Origin: Marsupella aquatica
Lineage: Eukaryota; Plantae; Marchantiophyta
Length of the DNA: 64,000 bases
Direction: 5' to 3'
NCBI GenBank assembly: GCA_973895155.1
Contig: OZ316893.1
Span: 5,284,171-5,348,170 of the forward strand
The notes under the pieces were generated by a model, which saw only the letters and a program-made list of their open reading frames with translations, did not search any database and was not told where the DNA came from. The position numbers were made by a program, and so were the translations under genes. Positions 24,963 to 37,510 of this stretch are shown here, piece by piece. The first letter of the stretch is position 1; each line of letters starts with the position of its first letter.

Positions 24963-27900
24963 GAATTACATCTTTTTCTTCTTTGTGCCTGTTGGCAAGG
25001 AGGTGGGTGCCCTAGGTGTAGTAGGCAGACCCTAGCTAACATAATGGTTGAACATATTGAAGAGTAACAGTGCATTTTTTTGGTTAAATACGCCAAAAAA
25101 GAATCTACTAGGACATCCCAACTCTCTGGATTTTGGCTTCTGACTGTCACACACATGTTCCCAGGAGTGAAGTGGCGGACTTGCAAAAACTTATGTTACC
25201 ACTTGTAACCAACATCCATAACTCACACTTTTGGACTATGGATAGTTTTGTGGCGCTTAAGATTTGAGACTTGCTACTGTAACTGACAGCAGTGTGGACC
25301 TTCCCATTACATCCACTTTCATTTTGTTTAAAAAAAAGGTAAGCTCAGACAGGGTGCTTGCAGTCTGCTTCCCATGAGGCCGTGACCTATAGCACCCATG
25401 GTTTGCCTGGCCCACGATGCTTTAAGCACACTAGCTTTTGAAAGATAGGGGTTGTGACTTTGCTGTTGCAAAATATTCACTCACCACTGCCAAATCCTCC
25501 CATGTATTTTTACACCCTAGATGGTGAGCCTTTTACTCATATGTCCTAAAGAGTGTCCTTAATTACTCCATCCTGGTTGTGTAGTATCTATTGATGGTCC
25601 ATGGGAGCATCGCACTGTATTTCACCATGACTTCTACCGTCATGCTATTTGAAATTGTCAGGAAAACAAGTTTCTTTCCCTCAAATGTTGGTATTGAGTG
25701 AGAGCCAGCAAATTGAAATCTTGATTGACTGATCTGTCATGCATTATAGTCTCCAAAACGGTGCAAATACCTTACCACAATATGTGAATGCATCTACAGT
25801 ACATCCCTTCGTAAATCCTCTCTATTCTTGACAGATATAAAACATTGCGTAAGATAATGTCCAAAAATTCATATCTTTGTTATCCACTCATCAAACAAAT
25901 ATGGGAATTGCCAATGAGAGCATTGAAAAGACTTTGATTTTTGCAGTTCATTTACCTAGTGTCGCTGCAAAATTTATAAGCCAGGATGGATCACTATGTT
26001 GGACATAGTGCTCCCCTGGACTAGATTGTGGTAGTCCATAGGAGTTTGGGACCCATAACTTGATGATTATGAGTCCTGAGATATTTTGGACATTGCACCT
26101 GCAAGGCAACTAGAGAAAGAGGGAGATTATAAAAAACACAATGAAAATTAATCTAAATAAACTTTACCCCCCTCCCCCATTTGACAATGAACAACTCAAC
26201 CAAAATGGTTAAAAATCCACTCTCACTGAGATAGAAATGTACCTTACCTACTCGTCCCACAAATACACAAAACTAAAAGACATTTGAGCTTATAAATATC
26301 AATTTATAACAATTAACTCAAAATTTGGGGAATGTGATCCATGGGGGTTCAAAGACCAGCCTTGTGGTCCATTGGAGGCTTCAAATTCTGCTGCTGCGCT
26401 CTTCATATCAACACTACGGTAATATATAAATTTCCAGTCAATTGCAGTATTTATTCGAGACATGTTGTATCCGAGCCGTCGTTGTACGATCCGGATTTCT
26501 CTCTGACCGTGCAACTACCCGTATTTATCATCGAATATGTATCTTGCCGTTGCGAGAATTGAGAGACGGTACTGACTGAGGTACAGTTCCTCCCTGCACT
26601 GTAGTAAGGTCAGAACGTTACCGGTACCATATTCGGGTACCGGCAGTGAACCCACGGCGGCTTCCACAAGACCGTCCCCGAAAGCTGGAGGATCGACGAG
26701 AGTTTGTGCTTCTTATCCGTCAGATTCTACGTTTATCCAAAGTGGATGATTTTTATCCCGCGGAGGCAAAGAGAATCTGATGAATATTTTCGCTATTATT
26801 TTTGTGGAAAACGAGGTGGTCAGTCAGTTTTATGGACGTTAATTAAACGTACCGATGAGGGACGCCAGTGGTGGTACCGTTGGAATGTCTGACCAGTAAA
26901 AGTAAGCTTACGCAGTGCAGGGCTGTCTACAGTGTACCTCTTAACCTCTAGCTTACTGTCACTCACTTCGGAGTTTAAGATCGACGATCACGATCTCACT
27001 CGTCAAATGAACGTTACACGTAAGCCGTCGACACTGACTACACTCCCTTATTGCCAGCGACAGAGGATGACTTTAGTCTTGAGGGTGCCATTACAAAGAG
27101 GTGGGGGTCCATTGTTTCTTTTATTCCCTGTTGTATCAAATCTGGATACAATCATAAACCCTAAACCCTAATGACTGCAGAAGGTGAAAGTGAACCTTGG
27201 ATGAACTTAGAAGTTATCCCTGCCCATACCCATGGACAGCGTCAAGTGAATAGCTGGTCTACACCAAAAGGAAATGTAACAGGTCACATTTTAGATGGAA
27301 CTTTAAACTAAGTGAGATTTATGTCAATAAGCAGTTGACACCTTAGATTACCTTGTGGAGTTAGTAGTCAAGCCATCAAGTTGCATTTTGAAAATGCTCT
27401 TTGCTCAGTGTAATGTCATCTAAACCTTACAACAATTTTGCATCTAGAAGTATCTTTAAATATCTTGTTGTCTTGAAGTATTATCCCCATCCAATTGAAA
27501 CTAAAAGCAAGCAAAATGGATCAGTGAGCTGGAAGATGTGGTTGTAAAATTTGGTCACTCCATCATCCCATATTTCAGATTCGAGCCTGCTGCTAACAAA
27601 CGATATTGAGCTGCCACAACTTGCATTTTCAAAAGGTGATGTGATGTCTTGACAACTTACTTGACAGGGTTGTCAAAGTCACAAACTGTTTCATGATGTA
27701 AATTTTACCTTTGAATTTGGAAGATCTGTCCATTTATCAGGGATCCAGGGTCCTCGTTTCTTTTCTTCCAACCCATCATGCGCGAATAAGTATAAGGTTT
27801 TTTTATTCAGTTTAGTGAAATACTCTCCAATTTTTGTTGAAGAATATTAGGGTTTTTTAATCCAGTTTTGAGAATTATAAGAATCATAGGGTTTTTTAAA

Positions 27901-28475
27901 CCAAATATGATAATATTCCATTAAGTTAGGGGTAAAACAATTCTTCAAAAAACTTTATTTACTTAAGTTTTAGGGTGTTTATTCACTCAAAACTTTGTGC
28001 GTGATACGGGACACCCTTTGGATTGAGGCCCCCAAGATCAGGGGGACCTTTACATCTGTGTTTAAATTGGGAGTTGTCCAACAAGGGCTATAATGCCCAA
28101 TTTATTGTCTGACAATATATGAGACTTTTTGGGGATTTTACGCGTGAACCGCGCGGTGGGGGGGACCCAAAAGGCCATCGCAATATAAAAAGCCCATACA
28201 AGGCAATACAACAAGGCCAAGAGAACCCAAGTGGAACAATGGGCAACCACGTCCCACAAAGGAACCCCCAACCCAACCCGCCAAACCTAAAAGAGCAAAC
28301 CCGCAGGCACGATAGTCACCAAAGCAGCCAGTACCACAAGCACACAGGCAGCCCTAACCCTTCCACCCTAGAAGTGACAAAAGGAACAAAATTGTGGCCA
28401 TAGCCAACTCCTACAGACCGGGCAACGAAAAAAACCGATTGCCAACCCGAGGAATCCATCTGATCCTAAGTATCT

Positions 28476-31400
28476 CTATAATTCCCTTGGCACTAAGCAG
28501 TCTGGTGGAGTGACCCCACAAGCTGCATGCAGCGAGTCCACCACCTCGGAGAGTACCAGCGTGAGGTCAAAACTCCGTCTATCTCTACAGTCAAAAATCT
28601 GCTCGTTCCTGCCAAGCCAGATAGTCCATAGAACTTGGTACATAACAAAAGCCTTCACCGTATGCATGTTATCTCTTCCTACAGTTGAGTCCAACATCGG
28701 CAGCAGCTCCAAACAAGGCCATGTGAAGCAGCCTGCCATACAATCCTGTACTAATCTCTAGCACCGACCAGCGTGCCTACACTCAAAGAAAATATGAGGA
28801 ATAGTTTCCCATGAGCCATTGCAGATCCCACATCTGCCAGTCCCTTTACCAATTTTAAGAGCTCTAACGCCCGAGAAAAGCCCAAGGTTGCGCTGTGATC
28901 CGCCATAGAAAGGTCTTAGCCCTAGTAGAAATGTCAAGTGTCCACAAATTGAGCCAAAGCTTACTCCATTCCACCTCAGTCCGAGAGAACCCCCCAAATT
29001 CTGTTCAGTCTGCAAGTTTCTGATCCCTTTGGTCTCAGCATCTGGTAGATTCTCTTATTTTCAAGCCTGAAAACTTTGATCTTATCTTCGCAGTCTCCCC
29101 AGCGCCAGGATGCCAGAGATGATACAGCACCAGGAATACACCTTCTAGCCGAGCAGATTGTTTCAATCAGCCTATGACACAGCTCCCGCTTCTCCTGATC
29201 TATACCTCTAACTTTATCAATTCTGGCAGACACCGAGATCCAGCATCCTCCATGGTCCGACCAAAGTGCATCCACTCTTCTGAGCCCAATTCTTCCACAA
29301 ATCTCTGCAAGAGCATGCAAAATACCAGCAGATAATGATTGAAATCCTTCCAAGCAGTTAATCAGGTCCATCATTCCCCAGTGCCCAGGAATAGTGCCAT
29401 TCAGTGGACAGAAGATCAGATATTCCCTAAGAGGCGCCCAAGCATGCCAGAGGTTACCTGTATATCTTAGCTTGCCAAAATTAGATGGTGAGCACAACAG
29501 AATTCTGTCCTTAACTGAATACCCATTCCTCCGTATACCCTTCTGATTGTGCCACTTTGCCACCAACAAGTTTGCCCCAAAAAGACGAGCCCACTCAGTG
29601 TTGGGGTCATCTAGTGCCTTAGTAAACCAATTCAACGACTCAACAGGGCGTCCGAATTGGATCCAGAAATCCTTAAATCCCAGCCCACCCATCACCTTGG
29701 GTCAAGCCAAAGTAACCCAAGCCACCAGAGGAACCTTACGGCCTCCAGCCAGATTGTAGCCCCAAAGGAAATTTCGGCAAAGGGCAATCATCTTTCTTGC
29801 CAATTCCACAGAGGACTTAAGGAACATCATATGGTAGATAGGAATAGCCTGCAGTACATGTTTCACCAACAGCACCCTGCCAGTAAAAGACAGCAACCTG
29901 GAAGTCCAAAAGGATAGTCGTTGCGCAATTTTATCCAAACAGAAGTCATGTAGTTGGGAAGTCCGGAGGTTCAGGCCCAGTGGTGCCCCAAGATAGCGTT
30001 GCACCTCCCCCGATGTGCTAATGGTACAGCCAGACAGTGAAAGCCAATCCGGAATCTCAGCCATCTCAAGAGGTATAACCACCGACTTCCGTAAGTTCAG
30101 AAGAGCCCCTGAAGCCAGCTCATAACAAGCAAGTGCAACCCTTGTTTGGACAAAAGCCACTTTAGTGGCCGGTATCACCATCCCCAAATCATCTACAAAA
30201 AGTCTGTAACAAATAGTCAACCCATCAATGATCTGGATTCCACTGAGTCGGCCCCCTCGGATTTCCGCATCAAGAAAGTCCATAAGTGGTTGGGTAGAAA
30301 TGGCAAAAAGCAGCGGCGAGAGAGGGCAGCCTTGCCTCACGCCCCGAAGCAACGGGATCTCGCCAGAAAATAGTCCATTCACATGGATACGAGAAGAGGA
30401 ATTACTTAACAGTGCCTTAACCAACATAATAAAGTGGCCGCCCAACCCAAGAAGGTGCATTGACTCCCAAATATAAGAATGGTCAACTCTGTCAAATGCC
30501 TTTTCAAAATCTAATTTCAAAAATAGGGCCTCGCACTTGTTTTGTTTCAACCAATCATCCGTCAACCATGCAATGGAAATATTCTCCAGGATATGTCTAC
30601 CGGGGATAAAGCCCGTCTGCTGCATGCTGATGAGCTTGGGTAACAGAACTTTGAGCCGGAGTGCCAGCAACTTAGCAATGATCTTATACACCGTATTAAG
30701 CATTGTGAGTGGTCGCCAGTCTTTCAGTCTCCTCTTATCAGATTTCTTAGGGATAAACTTAATAATCCCATCCTTGATATTGCAATCCATCTCACCGTTG
30801 ACCCAGAACGCTTGAATCATCTCCATCATGTCATTCTTGATAAAAGCCCAACATCTACGGAAGACCTCCGCAGTGAGCCCATCCGGCCCCAACGCTTTGT
30901 CCTCAGGCATCATCCATAATACCCCTTCAACCTCCTTGAGAAGTGGAAGATCCTCAAGTGCATGCAGCTCCTCGTCGTTCAGTGCCCTCCTGGTATTACT
31001 CAAAAGTTTATTGCGTGCTTCTCTAACCTCTCTACTTCTCTCTCCAGTCAGTACCTCCAGTGCAAATAGTTTTATGCATTGCTTTTCCACTTCCTTCAGC
31101 ACTCCCTCCTCAGTGGTAATCGTGGTCCCATCTTCCAGTAGCAGTGAGGGCATAGCTTCTCTACAGCGCTTAGCTTTCACGGTAGCAAAGAAAAAGCGAG
31201 AGGGCTCATCACCCTCCCCCAACCACTTGATTCTAGCAAGCTTGCACCCCAGTTGAGCCTCGTCGTGTTCCACTGTGCGCAACTGATTCTCCACTGTTAA
31301 GTAATCGCTCAGAGTCCCTTCCGAGTACTCACCCATCAATGTAACCTTCAATAGTCAAAGTTATCCCTGATTGCCTTCGTCGCCAACTGCTGAGCCATCT

Positions 31401-32336
31401 GAGTGCCTTGTATACCTTTCAGACACTCTCTGAGTCTACTTTTAGCCTACGCAAAACGAAGGTGTGGGTCCATCACCTCCAATTTCCCGTCTTCCCAAGC
31501 CGCTTTCAATTTTCCCCAGTTCTCCTCCGATCGTAGGAAAGCAGGATTAGCCTTGAAGTACGATGACTTCCTCCCCGATCCTCTCCCCTCATCTCTTCCC
31601 AATTTAAATTCAATAAGAACTGGGTCATGGTCCGATAGTGCAGTGCCCCCTTCATGAACCAGCTGTATCAACTTCCCAATCCACCATCCCTGGTCACTGA
31701 AATAAAATCTGTCAAGCCGTGATTGAATAGTCCGTCCAAACCGAACTTCCTCCACGTAAATCTTGATCCGTTCGCCCCCCCGGTAATACTCATCGCATCC
31801 TCCAAGTTAAATCTGGTTTTCAAAAAGCGCCAAAACTCTGTTTCTCAACCTCTCAGCAGCGGACCAGAGCCAGTAGAATCTTCCCCACTTTCCATCATAT
31901 TGAAGTCCCCACAGAATATCCATCAATCCAGAGGTAGCACCTCCTTAATCTCATTCCAGAGCAGCACCCTCTCCCGAGAGCTGTTAGGTGCGTATATACT
32001 GATTAGCCCAAAATTCCCCTTCTCATGCTCCACTTGTATCCATACAACCCTTCCCAAATTGACTTGTCCAGAAGCAATCACCTTTAGAGATGGATGCAAT
32101 AGAATGGCCGAACCACCCCGACCTTCGTCCGGTGCAGATGAGAAACATTGATAACCAGGAAAGATCACACGCAGCGCAATGTCCAGCCTGAATTGATCCG
32201 CCTTGACCTCTTGCAGTGCTAAAGCCATAAGTGCGTGCCTAAAAGAGCGCTGCACCCAGTCCTTAACAATATGCTTCCGATTGGGATCGCACAGACTACA
32301 CACATTCGAAGTGGCAAAATACCACGCAAGATCCAT
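28476..32336 (-). pseudogene. LINE ORF2 (APE endonuclease - reverse transcriptase - zf-RVT), interrupted
   Basis: EN motifs LQEVK, GDFN, SRLDRFY, SDHDPV. RT motifs GPDGLT, WRPLTMLN, QTGFIPGR, KLDFEKAFDRV, GVRQGCPLSP, LFVDD. Zinc finger CGICNGSWETIPHIFFEC. Split by several stops and frameshifts. Confidence 0.93.
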
Positions 32337-32477
32337 TATTCCCACCCCCTCTGTCTCTACGAGCCAGTCACAGCAAAGGGAAACAACTCCCAACCGAAGG
32401 GGACCCGGTCTCCACGGGTGCACCCTCCGGAGCCCGAGCATAAGAGACAGTCCCCAGGTCCGTTCCAATCCCCGCCA

Positions 32478-34753
32478 TCACTCTTCCGCCACCCAAGTCC
32501 CTACGTGGCACCAACAATCCTCTCTGTCAGCTCCTCCGCTAGCCTGATCAATCATCATCACTCCTCCATCACCCTGCAATTGCGATGGTTCAAAATGTAA
32601 GGATCGTTGTTTCTTTTGTTCCTTCTTCCCTTTGTTCTTCCTCTCAGTAGGTGGTGTCCATCTTTCCAATTTCCTTGTTCTATCCTTTTTAATTTGACTT
32701 TTAGAAATATACTTTTCGTATTCTGATAGTCCGGGATCTGATTCACCGTGGTAAGACATTCTTTCATCCACTCCTGATCCCCCAGTTGTATTTCCAAGTG
32801 ATAGCTCCGCCTCCACAATTGAAGCTTCCACAGCCACAATAGAAGCCACCACCGCAGCAACAGGACCCTCAATGATTTCCCTACTTATCAGCCCTCCCAA
32901 CAGAATCCCATGACCCTCGTCTACCACTTCCCTTCTCGGCCTTTGAGAGTCCAGCACAGCAACAGGGAGCAGAGGAGGCCCGCCACTCAGGACCATTTGT
33001 CCCTCAGAGAACACACCAGCAACGGATCCAAAAAAAGCCCCAGTCTCACACCGCTTCCCACGGTTTGTTGCTGATGTTCCTTCGTCCTCCCTAGGATGTG
33101 ACACAGCAGTGAAAGCCGGGGAGACCTCCCCATCGCACCCATTAAGGAGGGGGGTCTTCCCAACCACCAATTCAGTAGATACGCCATCCATAGCCTTCTC
33201 CATAATAGCGGTCCCAAACCCAGAGGCAAAGACTTCGCAATTTCAGCCCTCATATCAGTGCTGCCCGAACCAATCAGTGCTCCATTACCCTCGTCAATCC
33301 TCACAGCATCCTCCGCCGTGGCAACACTACCAGCTTCCATAACAGCAATAGGAACCGTCACCCCCACCACCACCCCCACATGAGGAAAAGCATTCATAGT
33401 CTCCAGCTCCTTCCTAACTCGAGCCTCCTCCGCAGCCTCAATAGTCAGGCAATCTCTGGCCAAGTGCTCTTTCTTATTACATCTGTAGCAATGATAAGGA
33501 ATGTTCTTGAAAATCACTGGCTGCCAAATAGCAATATCCTCCCGGATCATCACCTTCACACTGCAGGGGACCTCCCTACGGGTGTCCCAAAGGATACAAG
33601 CCCGGTCGTGTGGATAGGAGCTCCGTTCATCTCCCTGAATGTAATACAACACCCTTCCAAACGATGTCGCAATCCTTTTACGACATCCCTCTAATAGTAA
33701 TGAGCGGAAAGGAATTTCAATCCACACAGGAAGCTTCACATATGACTCCTTTTTGACATCAAAAGACGGATCCCAAGGAAAGGTGAACATGAATTTGCGC
33801 TCCAAGAACCAAGGAGCCTGTGCAAGAGCAGCTTCCCTGTGTTGCAGATGCTCGAATGCAATCAAGAAGAAATTTTTTCCCACATATTTAGTCTGGGTCA
33901 CCGACCACCCCATCCCTTCGACCATTTCAGCAGCAACCTAGTCCTTGAATATGGGAAGAAGGGGCACTCAATCAGTGAAGTAGCATAACATAGAGCAATG
34001 GAATAGCTCATGGATAGAAAGAAGAGCTTCTTCCACAGGCCAAACCAAAGTAGTATGGAGTTTAGATGGCCAGGTATCAGTCGAGCCTTCAGCAATTCTC
34101 TTCAGTATGTCAATGCACTCCTCCGGAATTACCTCGTCAGCAGCCCTCGATTCCTCAATCCCCACAATATCCCCTCCATGACTCTAATTCTGTTCCACCA
34201 CCATCGGAGAAACGATTTTGGTCCCCACAGGCCTGGTAATCCTACCATTGACAGGCACCATCCCTTCATTGCTAGTCCCAATAGCGGCAGGCCAACAATT
34301 CCCCATTGGCAGCGGTCTACGATGAGCAACCAGGGCGTCCCAGTTCCCCTCAAGGTGGAAAGTCCCAACTTGGCCACATTCCTCAGCCGCCTCTAAATTC
34401 CTCTGAATAGCCTCCTGTCTATCGTCCCATTGTGCCGACTCTACCTCCAGAGGGTCCAGCCTTTCCAAAGGCACAATAGCATTCTCAAGAGAGATCCTTC
34501 TCAGAGGCTCTGCAAGATCAGTAGGGCCACAATCCAGAGGATCCTCGTAAGAACGTGCGTCCTGTCTTGAATAGTTGCGTCCCACCCCACCATCCTGTGA
34601 GAATCCACGGGAATCCACAACCCGCCCAGTCACCTGCCGGTAATGCCCCTCCGACAGCGCATTATCAGCACCACTTTGGTGTCCCCAATTTCTAAAGGGA
34701 AGCTCCTCTCTGAATCGACCAGCTCCACGGCCTCCCTCATAACGATGATTCAT
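32478..34753 (-). pseudogene. LINE ORF1 (DUF4283-like region + CCHC zinc knuckle), interrupted
   Basis: VGKNFFLIAF..ALAQAPWFL..WDPSF..LPVWIEIP and CYRCNKKEHLARDC; broken into four ORF pieces. Confidence 0.85.
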
Positions 34754-37510
34754 AGTACTGATCAACCTAGTACTCAATCTCTGATCAAACCACAAGAGCA
34801 CACTAATTATGTGAAAGCAAAGAGAAAAATATCACTCACTTGACAATTAGCACCCGTGTTTACACTTCAAAGATCAAACATCACAAAGTGTAATTTCCGT
34901 AGCAGTCCCCCCTCCCTTCTCCAAATCATCTATCGCACCAATCTAGAGACAGGGCCAAAGCAGGCCACCAATACTCCGTGGAGTACTCCACCAAAATTCA
35001 ATAAGGCTATTCCACCGGAATAGTCGAATCCAATCCAGGGGGAGTGCACCAAAGCACACACGATTCCCTCTAGCTCAACAGCCGCTACTACAGCAGAAGC
35101 AGATTACACCCGAGGAGAATCAGCCACCCTAAGTAATCACCGTTTCCTCGCCCTAATCCAGCGCGTTCTAATCCTTTTACTCAGTGAGACCCACTCTGTC
35201 CTCTTGGTCACCCCGTTCACTCGATCTACAACCCTAGACACAAAGAGCAAAGCCACGATCTCCCTCCCGTATTGCACTAACCGAGTCAAACTTTCTCAAA
35301 TCTATTCCAATCTGTAGCGCTATTCCCCAGCTTTCATTCAAGCCATCCGTTGACCGCGTTCGGACTCCCTATGGAGAATCAACCGAAACAAAACACACAC
35401 CAACAAGTGCTAACCATTCCGCCAGTGCGCTTTAAGGTCCTTCAGTTTTCCACACCCAGTCAGACTTTTTGGGGATTATTTGCTCCAATTCCAATGAGAA
35501 CAAAGGTGATCATATATTATAAGTCAGTATTTCACTTGACGCACAAAAATTTAATGCAGGTCAATTGAAAATTGGTGTTCCCGGGTAATGGCTTGATGTC
35601 TTGACGTCTTTCAAGTTCAAGGCCATCAAGTTTTCAAGCCACAGAGGAGAGCCATTTGATAGTTTACCTGAAACAGGCTATGAATAGTCAGGAGACTGTA
35701 ACTTACATATGATTTCCCATTCAAGATTTTAAATGGCACTATCCCCCGTGCTATCCAAGTCAATATCAACATACTGAGCAAGTCCATCCAGGATTTGCCA
35801 GTCCATCTGAGCTTCACCGACAATGTGGAGTTCCATTTGGGCTTCATGTTTGGAAATGGCTGGAGGTGGCTTTCCAAGGAAAAAAGGGTGGCATTCAAGC
35901 ATGATGTCTATCAATCCTACATGAAGCATTTAAATGTTCATATGAAGTGATCATCTAGAATTCTGACACTTTGGCTCCTTCATTCGAGGCATTTGACTTC
36001 ATTTAGATTTTGGTCTGAAGTCTATCTCACGGACAAGAATTGACTCTCAAGGTTGCTTTGGCACAAAAAAACTCAAACGTTCCCCAACATTGGGTAAAGC
36101 CACCCTAACCTCATTGAGTTTTGAAATATGCATTACATTCAATTTCATTAGACCTGGTCAATTATGGTTTTCTGAAATTTCTGGAAGAAAATTTGATAGT
36201 GAATACCTCAACCAGGCTTGAGGAGGAGTGATGCAACTTTCTTATCTCTGCAATCAGAAAGGTGCACCCAAAAATTACAAATTGGCTAAACGCATTGGAT
36301 CATGTCTAGGTAGTTTGCGACCTTCATCAAAAAACCCAATATTTGAAGAAAGCCCATTTGATGGGCATTGAGATACCTCAGTCTGCTGTCCCCATTGTGT
36401 CCGACACTCCTTTATGGTCTTCAGAGGAGTGTATTCGTTTGTTTTGAACATTTTATACACACTGGCTAGACAAAAGCCCCGTAAATGTCTTTCATATCTC
36501 CGTCGAATTGATTGTTTTTGTGCTTCCCAATTCTACAACTGTACCCTATGATTTCTCATTGGTTGCCAACGCCTTGTTAGCACTATAGAGAATTGGGTTG
36601 CCTATCACATGCAGTTTGCCAACTTGTGGGCCCTGTTAAATGATGGAACACTTGAAAGGCACATCACTTCCATGAGCTTAAGAAAGCTCATGGTTGTCTA
36701 TGCATCTAAAATTTGACTCTTGCCCTTATAGCCATCATCTAGCAGTTGACATTCAATTTCAGTGAATTCAAAGTACTCACACATTATTTGGGGAAGTTTT
36801 CATATAATTTGACATATGACTGTGATCATATCTAAGAATTAGTTAACTTGTGGACTTTATATGCTACTCCATTTTCAAGTCTAAGACATGACTACCTAAG
36901 CATTTTTTCTTTGCCAAAATGCTAAAGTGAGTTGCAAAACCTCACCAATACGAGTAACTGTTCACCACAAATTCAAAGGATGACAAAGAAGATGATTAGC
37001 TGGCTCTTACTTTGGCTGCTCTCTTGTGGCTAAAAATTTGTGAAAAACTTCTTATAAATAGCTAAACCATTTGTTATTTATTTATATTCTGAAAATTTTA
37101 GTAATCCTTTTGGGATTTGCATGACTGTCAAAAGTGACTATATATAGCCACATGAGCCAAGCTTCACACATGCCAACAAGATTAGAGTGGTAGAGACTCT
37201 TAATAATGATCCAACAATTATTTTTCAACATCTACATTCAATGAATGGAACTCACATCTCAAATTGCCACAGAGCGCAGTCTAAAACTTTCCAGACATTT
37301 TACTTTCTTCTAATTTGTCACATGAAATCATTTTTTACAGAGATTTGTTTTAGTCTACAATCATTTTCTGTATTTTACAACCAATATTTTAAGTCAAATG
37401 TCCTTGACTTCAATATCGACTTGAACTATGTGCCTCAAGAGCTCGTAGAGTCATCTGGTATTTTATACCACATGTTTCACATATCAAAGCCTCTACCAAC
37501 TCTTTTGTGC

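Larger units (their letters stand above)
27970..35420 (-). mobile_element. Near full-length, degenerate L1-clade LINE retrotransposon (ends approximate)
   Basis: ORF1 and ORF2 remnants in order, long 5' UTR, G/T-rich 3' UTR and an AATAAA near 27980 on the minus strand. No clear TSD or poly(A) identified. Confidence 0.88.

Noticed and set aside
26621-26643. 8-bp stem ccggtacc-N7-ggtaccgg
   Set aside because: Single short palindrome, plausible by chance in 64 kb.
26740-26895. Possible C/D-box snoRNA (GATGA...CTGA pairs)
   Set aside because: Box C matches are imperfect, and I found no terminal stem or rRNA complementarity.
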